The notes under the pieces are model-generated. The model was not told where the DNA came from, ran no database searches, and saw only the letters and a list, made by a program, of their open reading frames with translations. The translations under genes and the position numbers were made by a program. Positions 36,601 to 47,125 of a stretch of 64,000 nt of DNA are shown here, piece by piece. The stretch is from Octopus vulgaris (Eukaryota), in contig OX597830.1 in assembly GCA_951406725.2 (NCBI GenBank), positions 41,850,001 through 41,914,000 on the forward strand, written 5' to 3'. The stretch's first letter is position 1; each line of letters begins with the position of its first letter.

Positions 36601-38164
36601 CTACTTACTTTGACAAAAGTCTGCCACAAAGAAGTTCATTGCATAGAAAAGCCAAAACAGAAGCCTTCTGTGTGGCATTAAAAGCGTTTAATGGTTTCTC
36701 ACTTAACCATTCTGAGATCTGAAGAAGAGATAAAATAAAGATTTACTTTCGATTTATCACAACACTCACTCTAAGTGATTTTTGTATCTAACAGAAATTA
36801 AATAAACCAAGCATCTGGTTTAGGGATCAAACTGAGTCAGAAGGGGGGTTGGCCAAATGGTTGGATGGTTGATGGTTTGTATTCTGATAACAGAAGGGAA
36901 CAGTGCCACTGCCCATGGCAAATGTATTTAACTCTGAATGGTGCAACTATAATGTAGATGGGTGCCATCACTGCTCAGTACTGGTAATAGTATACAACTG
37001 ATGAGTGTTTAACACCATATAAAGCTGATGTGACTAGTTGTACTAAACTTGGAGAAACACACTCTCATTAAGTCAGTCAAAAAGACATTGTAAATGAATA
37101 TGGTAAAATCCAGAATTTAAAGAAATTGTTGGAAGTTGGCGTCAGTAAAAATTAAATCACAAGAGGGTTTGTAGAATGTTCATTAATTTGGCTGAGAGGA
37201 GTGGAAGAGTCCTTTTGGATGTTTGTCTGTCTTTGGAAAGAAATCAAGGTCATCTTATCACAATCCATCCACTTTTGCTGGCTACTAGTCCTAGAAGGGT
37301 TATGGTGGTAGAGTCCTCAGACGCAGAGTCTTCATCCATAGAATCCTATCAGCAGTCATCATTACACTTTCCAGCTGGATTTCAAAGTGTAAGCAACTGA
37401 GACCATGGATATTACCCAACCATTTATCTTTTGGTCTATCCTTAAGTCTCTGGCTGGTTGGTTTGGATTGAAGAATCTGTCTTGTGACTCTTTCCTGCAA
37501 CTTTCTAGCCAAATGTCCATAGTACCGGAACTGTGACTACTCAATGTGGAGAGTTTGTGGTTTGAATTCAACAGACACCCTCATCTCTGAGGTACACACC
37601 CTGTTGAGTAATGTTACATCAGAGAACTTATGTTGCTAAGAAAATGAAGCAAAGGGTTCACGTGGAAAATCTGATGTGGAGAAGGTAAGGAAAGCCAGTA
37701 AGAAATGGTGTGAGTAGTACAGGAGATGTCACAGTAGAACTGAACCGAAGACCACGTGGTTAGGAAGCAATCTTCTTAACCACACATCCACGTCTGTGGC
37801 TACTACAAAGAATAAAGTGTCCAGAAAGGTGATGGACAGAAATGTATAATAGTTTTATGATGGAAAGGAGGAAGAGCAGAAGAAAGCTGACTTAATAAAC
37901 AGAACAATAAACAAACTAAATGTAAGCATTTATACAATTTCATAATGTTTCTTTATAAGATACATTCTTTTACTTGTTTCAGTCATTTGACTGTGGCCAT
38001 GCTGGAGCACCGCCTTAGTCAAACAAATCGACCCCAGAACTTATTCTTTGTAAGCCTACTACTTATTCTATTGGTCTGGTCTCTTTTGCTGAACTGCTAA
38101 ATTAAAGGGACGTAAACACCCAACATTGGTTGTCAAGTGCTGGTGGGGGCACAAACACAGATAC

Positions 38165-38217
<53 letters not shown>

Positions 38218-38405
38218 CATGCATATATATATATATACATATATATACACACATACATAAATATATATATAATATATTAATAATTTTAAATTTAAATATT
38301 TTAAATTTTAAATTTTATATATTTTGTAAATTGTATTAATTATTTTTATTTTTTGGTTTATGTTTTTCACTGTTTGATTTGCCTAATAGTGGTTTTATCT
38401 CAAAT

Positions 38406-38436
<31 letters not shown>

Positions 38437-41400
38437 CATATGAGGGTCTTTTTTGAGTTTCTGTCTACCAAATCCACTCACAAGGCTTTGGTTGGTTGAT
38501 GCTATAGAAGACACTAGCCCAAGGTGCCACGCAGTGGGACTGAACCTGGAACCACATGGTTGGGAAGTAAGCTTCTTACCACACAACCACTCCAATGCCT
38601 GAATAAATCAAATATGAAATTGATTATTTATCACACAAAAGCAGCAACCTGGTAGAATTATTAGCACGTTGGACAAAGTGTTTAGTAGCATCTTTTCTGA
38701 TTCTTTATGTTTAGAGTTCAAATCTGGCTGAAGTCAACTTTGCCTTTGGGGGCTGATAGAATAAAGTACAGTTAGGCACAGTGCTTGATAAAATAAAGTA
38801 TCAACCAAGTACTGCAGTCAATAAAATCAAGTACCAGTCAAATACTGAGGTCAATGTAAATGACTTGCCCCCTCCCCTCAAAACTGCTATTCTTGGACTC
38901 TGCAATGAGGGAATGCTGTAATCTCAGTTACATATATTGCCATGGAAACCAGGTGACTGGCTCTATAGGTCCTAAGGCTTGGTGGTGGTGGGAAACAAAA
39001 TGATGATCGTACACATATTAGAGAAATATTGATTGATTTGATGTTTACAAGAAATCCTTTTTTTAATGGAAAGACAGAAAAGAGTTGGTTACATTTCCGA
39101 AACATTTTACCTCATTATCCCCATTATTCCGTGAGATAATAAATATTCGTAAAACTTCTGTAATCATGGTGTCATCTAGTTCAATGTCAACGATTTTCTG
39201 GCCCAACGCTGTGACAGCCTAAAAGACAAGAGTAAAAAATACAACAACCTTCAATTAAACAACAGCAACAATAACAAAGAAAAAAAAGCAAATGGATGTG
39301 TTAATCCACGACAGAATTAGCAGCATCCTCTAATCCCTTTAGTCCTTAAGTATTCAGATTACTCTGTGAAGAGTAATGCTTATTTATTCACATTGTTTTG
39401 AATGAATCATGACTATCATGTAATTTTGGGCTTTGAAGACATTGTAGAGTATAGGGTAGGTGTAAGAGGCTGGATCTGACCAGTTTTAACATAAAACAGG
39501 TGGAATGGATATGGATAGTTTAAGAGCTAAAGGGTTAAGTTCTAGGTTCAAATTCTATTCAGGTCAACTTTGATTTTCAATTTTCCAAAGGGAATAAAAT
39601 GTGTATTCCAAAGGGAATAAAATAAAAGGTGGTGATATGATATAGGCCACTGGAGACCAAATAGAAAATTACTGGTATACTGTTTTGAAAGTTATGAATC
39701 TTTTATCTTTTATTGCTTTAGTCACTGGACTGTGGCCAAGCTGGGGCACCACTTCGAAAGGTTTAGTCAAACAAATCAAGGTCCAGAACTTATTCCTCCT
39801 CTATAATTGGACATGTTTTTCATGAAGACAGGAAATGAACAACACTGCTTGTACGACAGTGATGCTTGTTTACAACCAACGTATGATGAAAAGACAAGGA
39901 CACACACATATATATTACATATACAACAGGCTTCTTTCAATGCCCATCTACCAAATTTGCTCACATTGCATTGGTTGGCTTAGGGTTATAGCAAAAGACA
40001 CTTGCCCAAGATGCCATGCAGTGGGACTGTTTTCCATGCCAGCATGGTTTGGACGGTTTGACAGGAGCTGGCAAGCCAGAGGGCCACACCAGGCTCCAAT
40101 TGTCTGTTTTGGCATGGTTTCTATGGCTTGATGCTGTTTCTAAAGCCAACCACTTTTTGCAGTGTGTTGGGTGCTTTTTATGCGCCACTGGCACAAGTGC
40201 ATAATGCAGCACCTGCAAAGGTGCATGCCTGTATGTATGGATGACCAACATTATTACATATTGCTTGACCCATGTGAGCACAGAAAATTGGATGCTAAAA
40301 CGACAATGATGACGATGATGATGATGATAATGATGATGGTATCAATGAAAAATGCCTCACTTCTTTTGGGTTTGGCACTCCAGGGTCAGTGAGGGCAATC
40401 TTCAGAAGTTTGCTAGCATAGCTTGTGTATTTATCTAAATCCTCTTTCTTGTCTCCCATCAAACAGTTCTGTAAGTCAGTCATGTCTGGAATAAAATCTT
40501 CAGCTGCAAAAGAAGACAAAAACAAAACAACATAAGCAGAATGAATGGTTATTGAAATGCTGACATGTAACACCATTTTATATGCAATCAAACAAAATTC
40601 AAAATCACGTAGAAGCAATTGAATTCCTTTCTAAATAAGCTTTTATAATCTTCATTGGTTTTGTCAATTTCAGGGACTTTTAACCCTTTAGGGTTCAGAT
40701 TATTCTGTCAAATGTGATGTTTGTTTATTTAAAATGGTTTGAATTAATCATGTATTATCTTGTAGTTTAGAGATTTCAGTGATGTGATTTTTTAGTTTTA
40801 GAATGACAAGGTAGGGCTGAGGTGAGAGGTGAGATCTGGTCAGTTTCAATATAAAACAGGTTAAATATTTTGGCCAGATATGGCCAGTTTGAATGCTAAA
40901 GGGTTAAATGGTAGGAAAAGGTTGCATGAATGTGTGTAAAATGTGGCAAAAACAAAAAGTATCTATTTTTCTTTAGGGTAATTGTTAGACAGATTTTAAT
41001 TTCAAAATAAATACAAAATCTATGGAAATGTATTTTAACTGTTTTAGATTACAAAAACTAAGACAAAGAGAGGCAATAAAATCATTTGAGCATAAATTCA
41101 TTTCAGGTTCCTGCATTGTCAAAAGAATAAATGGAGAAAAATTAGTGCACTTTTTCTATCTACAGCTAGTTGAAGCATCACTTTCTTCTGTGCTATTTAG
41201 AGCACCACCATCATCACCATATCCCCTCATCTGATGATGAAGGGAAGTCAGAAGAAACTTCTAACTCTTTCGTTTGTGCTTGATCAATAAGGGCCACTTA
41301 AGCTTAGGAGCCTTTGATCAAGGAGACACTCAGGCATCAATAGATGATGGCCATATCCATGTGAAATTTCTGAAGCATCAACTGATGATGTTCATCATTA

Positions 41401-44400
41401 AAGGGTTAATAAAGATCAATAAAAATCATGCCGGGTTACTTAAGCTTCAAATATAGGTAAGCTTTTACAATCCTTTACTTGTTGCTCAGACCAATTTGTA
41501 ATAAAATGAAAGATGATAGCAACAACAACAGCAGCAGCTGCTGTCACTACTACAACTAAATAGTAGTAGTGGTGGTGGTGATAAAATAAACCAAAATCTA
41601 GAAGTTGTAGGGACCTCGCTTGGCCCTGCCTGAAATTTGAAATCAAATCCACCCGCTTGTTGCTTTTCAAAACAAGGGGGAAATCCTTTGTTTGCATCTC
41701 CACACCAGATGATTTAATGGGGAAACACTTGATCCCCAAGGACTTGTGCTAGTCAAGGAAAGGTCAGTCCTTTGTTTAGGGTTTGAACTACATTACTGAC
41801 CATAGTCTATATAACAGAGAGCATTTCCTGTCTCTTCCTCTTTTGTGTCAGCCATGACCAAGGAACAGCACTTCCCTTCACCCTTCACTTGACATACAAA
41901 GAGAAGCTTTTGGCTGCAAGAAAGATGATGCCACCTTTATCCTTTCTTCCTTTCTAGTCAGCACCGTGCATTCCTTATTCTTTCACTCACTACTGGCAGA
42001 CAGCAACCTCTACACTATCAGCTACCAACCAGCGAGCGAGCTTGTTGCCACTGCCACTATAATTACTGCTGAATCTCTAACTACATGTTGGGAAAACACA
42101 TAAATATATGTAAATAATATTTCTTCCTTCTTGGTTTTGTTTCTTCAATGTTCACTGGTTAGTCTGATGCAAGAACCTTCAAGCGTTACATTTGATTGTT
42201 GGCTACATTATATCAATGTGATGCCACATGTCATTTCATCCACTACAGAGTGACAAAAGTGAAACAGAATTACTTACGTATTGATAAGGCTTTGGCAAAA
42301 TTATGCATGAATTCCAGTACCATCAAAGCATCGGCAAAGGCGTTTCCTGCTAAGCAGACACCTTCTATCCGAGGCAGCTGAGGTAATTCCTAAGTAAAAG
42401 AACAAGAAAAAGGACCATCAAAAATAATTGCAATTCTTAAGAAGAATTTTCTTCAACAAAATTAAGTATCATACATTGTCATATGTAAGTCACATGCCAT
42501 TGTTCTTTTTTTATTAATATGTTGACTTCAGCCAAAGCAGTGAACTGGCAGAATCGTTAGTAGGCTGAACTGAATGCTTAGTGGAATTTCATCTGTCATT
42601 ATGTTTTGAGTTCAAATTCCACTGAGGTTGACTTTGCTTTTTATTCTTTTGGGGTTGAATAAATAAGTACCAGTTCAGCACTGGGATCAGGGTGATTGAC
42701 TTATCCTCTCCCCTGAAATTGCTGGCCTTGTGCCAAAATTTGAAACTAAGATTACTGATTTTAGCCTTTGATCTGTGCATGTCACATTTTGCCTTCTTGT
42801 GAAGACTGTTTGCAATGTTGCTTTTAACTAATAAACACATTTAGTTGAAATAATCCCAACAAAGCAGCACACTGCCCATCTTCTCAGACCATTATTTCTG
42901 GGAGGGTCATGAAAGGAGAGTCTTCAGAAACCATTTCCTTAGGGTTCAGAAGCAACTGTCATTTCATACTTTCCAGCTGGATCCCCAAGTGTGACTGGCT
43001 GAGACTATGGATATTATCCCACCATCCTGCTTATGGTCTATCCCCAGGTCTCCTGCCAGTTGGCTAAGCTTGAAGAATCCATCTTGTGATTCTTTCCAAC
43101 AGTATTCTCATCAAATGTCCATAGTACCCAAGTTGTGACCTCTCAGTGTAGAGAATCAGTGACTCCACCTGGGGAGACTCTCTGATCTCCAAGCTATGGA
43201 CAGGGTTTAGTAATGTTATTCCAGAGATTCTCTGGAGCAACGCAATTTTGGCTGCTTTTAAAGCATTGTACCATATAAGGTAACTACAAAAGAAAAAAAA
43301 AACCCAAAGCATTGAAGGATTTTCAAGCAGGGAAGGGAGACATCTAGTTCTTAAACCAAACCATGCAATTTTAAAAATCGAACTGAAGGGCTGTCCTGGG
43401 TGGTAGACACTCTTGCTACACCACTGAGGCTTCCTACCAAATTTTCCCTTCACAAGGCTTCGGACAATCTGAGACTATGGTGGAAGACACTTGCCTAGGA
43501 TGACTTGCAGCAGGACAGAATCTGAAACCATAGAACTGTGAAGTAGGCTTCTTAACCATACAACCATGACTTGTATGGTTTTGGTAGAGAATTGAGGTGA
43601 AAGAGGAACAAAAGTAATAAGTATGAAGAATAAATATATAGAATAGAAACAATAGCAAAAGAACAAACCTTGATGTCTTTGATCTCCATGTCTTCAATAG
43701 GCTTTTTCAACTCAGCCGCAATTTGAAGTTCAACTCTTCTCTGATTCTGAAAAAACAAATAAAAGAAAGAAAAAAAACAAGTCTCACTCAAAGAAGATTT
43801 TTATTAATGGCACTTAATCTTCGTTCAGTTCCACCATTAAGAACTATACACACCAATTTCCGTTCTCTTTCTATCAATTTTTCTTTCTGTTTTTCTTCTT
43901 TTAATCGCTCCCTTTCCTAGAAATGATAAAAAAAAAAGAAAAGAAAAAGAGGGGGGCAAATTAAAAGGAAGACCTATTGCAGTCAGAAACGTTAACTCTT
44001 AATAAAGAAATAGCTGAAATGACCATTGAAGGAGATAAGGGGGATATAGAACTTGGCCATTCACTGCCATCATCATCATCACCATCATCACCCACCCCCT
44101 TCAATGAGTCCTATTAACTATTCTTATATATTTGCAGGAAAGCCTTATTCTTGGTGAAACATGATGTGTTTCTTTTAAAACCTTTGTTAAAAAAAAAATA
44201 AAAACACCCCAGAAATCTCACTACTCTTAGCTAAAAACCTTACAAACTACCCCAGCCTGAACACCACGAGTATATTGTTTGTCATTTAAATAAAAAAATA
44301 AAAGCATCCTTACTTCTTGTCGTCGCCGGGCTTCAAGGGATTTCACCAACAACATGTGCTGCCGACGTCTTTCTCGTTCCTGAAATTAAAATTGAAGTCA

Positions 44401-47125
44401 TCAGCTATTTATGCAAATCAAATATCATAAATTTCTTTATAAAGGAGGAGAGGGAAACGCTCATTCTTTTGTTGGCATTTGTCTGTGGATGGTAGGCATA
44501 CTAAGGCACAACACTTTCAAAAGGTTTTAATTAGTTATAGCAATCACTCTTTGTACTTACTTATTTTCTTGCCCTTGAAAGAAATGACAGGCAGAGTCAA
44601 TCCCAGTGTAAAGGTATGTAACTTGGATGGTACTAAATGCCATACAGTATTTTTTGTTCTACACCATCATCATCATTTAGCATCTGCTTTCAATGCTGGC
44701 ATGGGTTGACGGTTTGACTGAAACCGGTAAGCTGGAGGGCTGCACCAGGTTCTAATCTTATTTGGAATAGTTTCTACAACTGGATGCCCTTCCCAAAACC
44801 AACCATTCCAAGAGTGTAATGGGTGCTTATTATATGCCAGTTACGCAACACCGCCATCAGCCATGACTTACGATTTCACTTGGTTTCACGGATCTCCTCA
44901 AAGCTGGCATATTGCCAAAAGTCTTAGTCACTTATCATTGCCTCTGTGCGGCCCAACGTCCGAAGGCTGCTTTTTATGTGCCACTGGCATGGATGTTTGT
45001 CATGTGCCACTGGCATCGGCCACAACTATGATTTCACTTGCCTGGATGAATCTCCTGAAGCATGGTATATCACCAAAAGTCTCGGTCACTCATCACTGCT
45101 TCCCTGAGGCCCAACGTCCGAAGGGTGCTTTTTACATGCCAGTTACATGACACCAGCATCAGATTATGATACCAATTATATTAAAATTAGAATTAAAATA
45201 ATGTGCGATTCTGTGTGTGTGTGTAAAACACGGTAAAGTTGGTCAATTCACAAAGTCACTGGAATATTATATAGAACGTGGTGCAATATTAGTCCTGACT
45301 CTCTGCTGAGGTCAAGTTTGCCTTCCATTCTTTTGGTGGGGGTCCATAAATAATCCTCTCTTTCTCCAGCTGTTATATTCTAGATCGAGGTTCACATGAC
45401 CCTTGGAGATCTACAAAAGATTTTGTGTTAAAATACTTGTGCAATAAATTGGTTATTGCAATGGACTGGTGTCCTGTCTAGGTGGGGAACCTATGTACCA
45501 AAGAAACCAGGAAACCGGCCCTTATGAGCCAGGCATGTATTGAGAAGGAACAAACAATAACAACAACGATAAATTGGTTATATATCTATAATACTCAAAA
45601 TATTTTAACAATTTTAAAAAAAATACAATTCCTAATAATATTTAATTATAAAAATATATTACGATATTTTAAAACATCAAATGGTTACGAGGATCCACCC
45701 AAATAAAACAGAAATCAATAGGGGTCTATTGGGAAAAAAAGATGGTTGTGAGGCACTGTTTTAGATGTTCCAATGGATCAAGGGTGGGAAGGCAGAAAGG
45801 GGGTGTCTATGTCTGGTCACGACTGAACAGACATCTAAAACAACTAATCAAAGCATGCTGTATGTTAATTAGTTATCCTTGATTGTGAGTAATTATTATG
45901 TAAAAATTGCGGTTGTAATTTTATAACATATGGTATGAGGCTGAAAATTTTTTCCCACTCATTTTCATTTAGAAATCATACAATTGTTTCTAATTTAGAT
46001 ATGATGCCAGTAATTTTGAATGAAGGGGCTTAGTCAGTACTTGGCTGGTTCTATACTTTATTGACCCCAGAGAAATGAATGGCGAAGTTGACCTTGGAGT
46101 TTAAACATCCAAAATAAATATGGCAAGGTACTTTTTTCCAACACTCTGACAGCTTATCATCGTTATGTTTTATACATCCACTTTTCTATGCTGACAAATA
46201 TTTTTCTTTTACAGCTGGATGCCATTCCTTTCACCAATCCTCACTTGTTTCTCGGTAAGGTAATAGTTCCCCATGACCACGCATGCTTTACATAGAAGAC
46301 AAAAACAGCATTGCCTGTATAATGGCGATGCTTGCTTACAACCATCACATGTCAAAACTAGGACGCACAGACATACACACACATTTATATATGATGGGCA
46401 TCTTCTAGTTTCCATCCATCAAGGTTTTGGTCAGCTCAGGGCTATAGCAGAAGACACTTGCTCAAGCTGCTGTGCAGTGAGACCACATAGCTGGGAAGCA
46501 AGCTTTTTCACTACACAGCCATGCTTATGCCTCCAAAATCGGGATACATCTTATACATACACTTTCATGCTAACGACAGTCACCAAGTCAATTTAATATT
46601 GGTTTTATTTCCACTTTATTAACAAATCTTGAGACGATGTTTCTTTACAAACTATTTCAGGACAGAGATACTTTCCATTTACACACAGACACACACAAAT
46701 TTTTTGTTTATTCTGTGGAACAAAAACATACAAGTGTTCACATCACTGTGTTAGAGGTGCTTAGTGTTCCATAAAATGCCAGTCATTTGTAAGGTTAAAC
46801 AGGATTACATATCTGAACCAAAGTTTTGTTCAACTGGCTTTTCAGTTGACTGAAACACATCCCCGAGATTTCTTCTCAAAATTCTGTTGTGTAATCACTT
46901 AAAAGGCCAAACGAACAAAACCTTGATTCAGGTATGTAATCTTGCTCAACCCCCTCCCCCTCCACACACACAGAGCAAGCAAAATGTCAACCTTGAATGC
47001 TATTTAAAAATAGACAAGATAAGAGAAATTGTAGGAAAAAATTAATAAATAAAATTGCAGCTTACAAGGTTCCAACTAACCTGTTCTCTCATCATGACAG
47101 CTTGTTGGCGTTTCATTTCACGTTC
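10780..47125 (-). CDS. BAZ2B: BAZ2A/BAZ2B-like bromodomain adjacent to zinc finger protein (TIP5/toutatis family), 5'-partial, 23 coding exons joined
   Basis: Manual splicing of 23 GT-AG exons gives a continuous 1287-aa frame: coiled coil ([22 protein letters not shown]), DDT, WHIM1, WHIM2 ([11 protein letters not shown]), WHIM3 ([14 protein letters not shown]), PHD1, PHD2 and bromodomain ([17 protein letters not shown]). This domain order is diagnostic of BAZ2. Probably the single invertebrate co-ortholog of BAZ2A/B. Confidence 0.93.
11062..11550 (-). mobile_element. Cluster of family A SINEs in the last BAZ2 intron
   Basis: Reverse complement of the family A consensus, interleaved with (AAT)n. 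Confidence 0.78.
11924..11979 (+). ncRNA. Type I hammerhead ribozyme motif (Penelope-like)
   Basis: GTCT-CTGATGA-(ATCCCA/TGGGAT stem)-GAAAC-AGCT-GTA-AGGC; palindromic stem III loop; base of stem II imperfect. Confidence 0.65.
12256..12572 (+). mobile_element. RTE-tail-like retro-element (family C) ending in (GAT)n
   Basis: GGCATTAGGAAGGGCATCCAGCTGTAGAAAC..CCAACCCATGCTAGCATGGAAAACGGACGTTAAACGATGATG; many copies (e.g. ~1050-1260, 12610-12795, 15150-15330, 28500-28695, 35103-35280, 40030-40200, 44665-44840, 57105-57290). Confidence 0.7.
12891..13034 (-). CDS. BAZ2B: BAZ2 exon, bromodomain N-half ([47 protein letters not shown])
   Basis: cttcag/gtaagt, 144 nt, phase 2-2; WPF shelf and Y..IKKPMD. 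Confidence 0.95.
13697..13830 (-). CDS. BAZ2B: BAZ2 exon, Lys/Glu-rich PHD-bromo linker ([20 protein letters not shown])
   Basis: ctacag/gtaagt, 134 nt, phase 0-2; contains an NLS-like basic cluster. Confidence 0.9.
14107..14631. mobile_element. hAT/Charlie-like MITE interrupted by an RTE-tail element (~14259-14532)
   Basis: CAGCGGTTTTCAAC ... GTTGAGAATCGCTG; both halves align to the 17302 copy. Confidence 0.7.
14755..14797 (-). CDS. BAZ2B: BAZ2 exon, PHD2 end ([14 protein letters not shown])
   Basis: catcag/gtaagc, 43 nt, phase 2-0; W.C..C completes the PHD. Confidence 0.9.
16197..16309 (-). CDS. BAZ2B: BAZ2 exon, PHD2 ([37 protein letters not shown])
   Basis: ttttag/gtaaat, 113 nt, phase 0-2. 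Confidence 0.92.
17302..17555. mobile_element. hAT/Charlie-like MITE
   Basis: CAGTGGTTCTCAA ... TTGAGAACTACTG flanked by ATCTAG; related copies at 14107-14631, ~45385-45760, ~48601-48850. Confidence 0.75.
17771..17827 (-). CDS. BAZ2B: BAZ2 exon, PHD1 end ([19 protein letters not shown])
   Basis: tttcag/gtaagc, 57 nt. Confidence 0.95.
18381..18470 (-). CDS. BAZ2B: BAZ2 exon, PHD1 ([30 protein letters not shown])
   Basis: tttcag/gtaaca, 90 nt; C4HC3 ligands. Confidence 0.95.
20328..20566. mobile_element. GGAGTC-repeat TIR element nested in a CORE-like SINE
   Basis: Inverse copy of 50865-51106; the host SINE resumes after 20566. Confidence 0.65.
20735..20945 (-). CDS. BAZ2B: BAZ2 exon ([46 protein letters not shown])
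   Basis: ttgcag/gtaatt, 211 nt, phase 2-0; [11 protein letters not shown] motif directly before the PHD. Confidence 0.94.
21835..21915. repeat. Short minisatellite, three copies of TATTATAATGAGCCAT..
   Basis: Seen directly, ~29-bp period. Confidence 0.75.
22799..22974 (-). CDS. BAZ2B: BAZ2 exon ([28 protein letters not shown])
   Basis: ctttag/gtaagt, 176 nt, phase 0-2; [11 protein letters not shown] motif. Confidence 0.93.
23197..23281. repeat. 85-nt hairpin / inverted repeat
   Basis: GCTCTAAACACCCACCACCAGAACTCTA..AGGCAC / GTGCCT..TAGAGTTCTGGTGGTGGATGTTTAGAGC. Confidence 0.88.
23879..24096 (-). CDS. BAZ2B: BAZ2 exon ([37 protein letters not shown])
   Basis: aaacag/gtaaga, 218 nt, phase 1-0; 3' boundary discussed in findings. 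Confidence 0.85.
24706..25024. repeat. Near-perfect inverted repeat, ~150-bp arms, 11-nt loop
   Basis: 24706-24859 is the reverse complement of 24871-25024 with only a few differences. Confidence 0.92.
25808..25966 (-). CDS. BAZ2B: BAZ2 exon, WHIM3 ([37 protein letters not shown]..)
   Basis: poly-T..cgaaag acceptor, gtcagt donor, 159 nt, phase 1-1. Confidence 0.92.
30390..31629 (-). CDS. BAZ2B: BAZ2 large exon: WHIM2 plus long acidic/Ser-Pro-rich linker
   Basis: tcacag/gtattt, 1240 nt, phase 0-1; ORF 30322..31605 with [19 protein letters not shown]. Confidence 0.95.
33028..33084 (-). CDS. BAZ2B: BAZ2 exon ([19 protein letters not shown])
   Basis: ttttag/gtgagt, 57 nt, phase 0-0. Confidence 0.9.
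34010..34211 (-). CDS. BAZ2B: BAZ2 exon ([15 protein letters not shown]..acidic linker..SEGE)
   Basis: tttcag/gtaaga, 202 nt, phase 2-0. Confidence 0.9.
35591..35665 (-). CDS. BAZ2B: BAZ2 exon ([24 protein letters not shown])
   Basis: aaacag/gtaaat, 75 nt, phase 2-2; LRRDKW.VEGKLR motif. Confidence 0.93.
36609..36718 (-). CDS. BAZ2B: BAZ2 exon, WHIM1 ([36 protein letters not shown])
   Basis: cttcag/gtaagt, 110 nt, phase 0-2; [12 protein letters not shown] motif. Confidence 0.93.
37290..37625 (-). mobile_element. Degenerate RTE-clade LINE, RT C-terminal fragment
   Basis: Minus translation [39 protein letters not shown] resembles the RTE pattern QLRW.GH..RM..RPRGRP..W. Confidence 0.7.
37961..38600 (-). 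mobile_element. Family B SINE with an internally expanded AT-rich microsatellite
   Basis: Same head and tail as 4093-4480; the middle is expanded to ~270 bp of (TA)n/AT-rich sequence. Confidence 0.75.
39111..39218 (-). CDS. BAZ2B: BAZ2 exon ([36 protein letters not shown])
   Basis: ttttag/gtaaaa, 108 nt, phase 0-0. Confidence 0.92.
40361..40503 (-). CDS. BAZ2B: BAZ2 exon, DDT domain C-part ([31 protein letters not shown])
   Basis: ttgcag/gtgagg, 143 nt, phase 1-0; within ORF 40295..40618. Confidence 0.92.
40680..40907. mobile_element. piggyBac-type MITE, family D, complete copy
   Basis: TTAA|CCCTTTAG ... CTAAAGGG|TTAA. Confidence 0.8.
42278..42389 (-). CDS. BAZ2B: BAZ2 exon, DDT domain N-part ([37 protein letters not shown])
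   Basis: cttag/gtaagt, 112 nt, phase 0-1; DDT signature F.D.LMV.EF.HNF. Confidence 0.93.
42955..43270 (-). mobile_element. Degenerate RTE-clade LINE fragment (same family as 37290)
   Basis: [58 protein letters not shown]. Confidence 0.72.
43669..43746 (-). CDS. BAZ2B: BAZ2 exon ([26 protein letters not shown])
   Basis: tttcag/gtttgt, 78 nt; ELKKPxEDM motif preceding DDT. Confidence 0.92.
43854..43916 (-). CDS. BAZ2B: BAZ2 exon ([21 protein letters not shown])
   Basis: ttctag/gtgtgt, 63 nt, phase 0-0; followed by a 107-nt intron. Confidence 0.88.
44314..44379 (-). CDS. BAZ2B: BAZ2 exon ([22 protein letters not shown])
   Basis: tttcag/gtaagg, 66 nt, phase 0-0. Confidence 0.92.
47081..47125 (-). 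CDS. BAZ2B: BAZ2 exon, coiled coil ([15 protein letters not shown])
   Basis: ttgcag acceptor, gttagt donor, 45 nt, phase 0-0; resembles BAZ2B EMRRQQAVLLKHQ. Confidence 0.85.
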
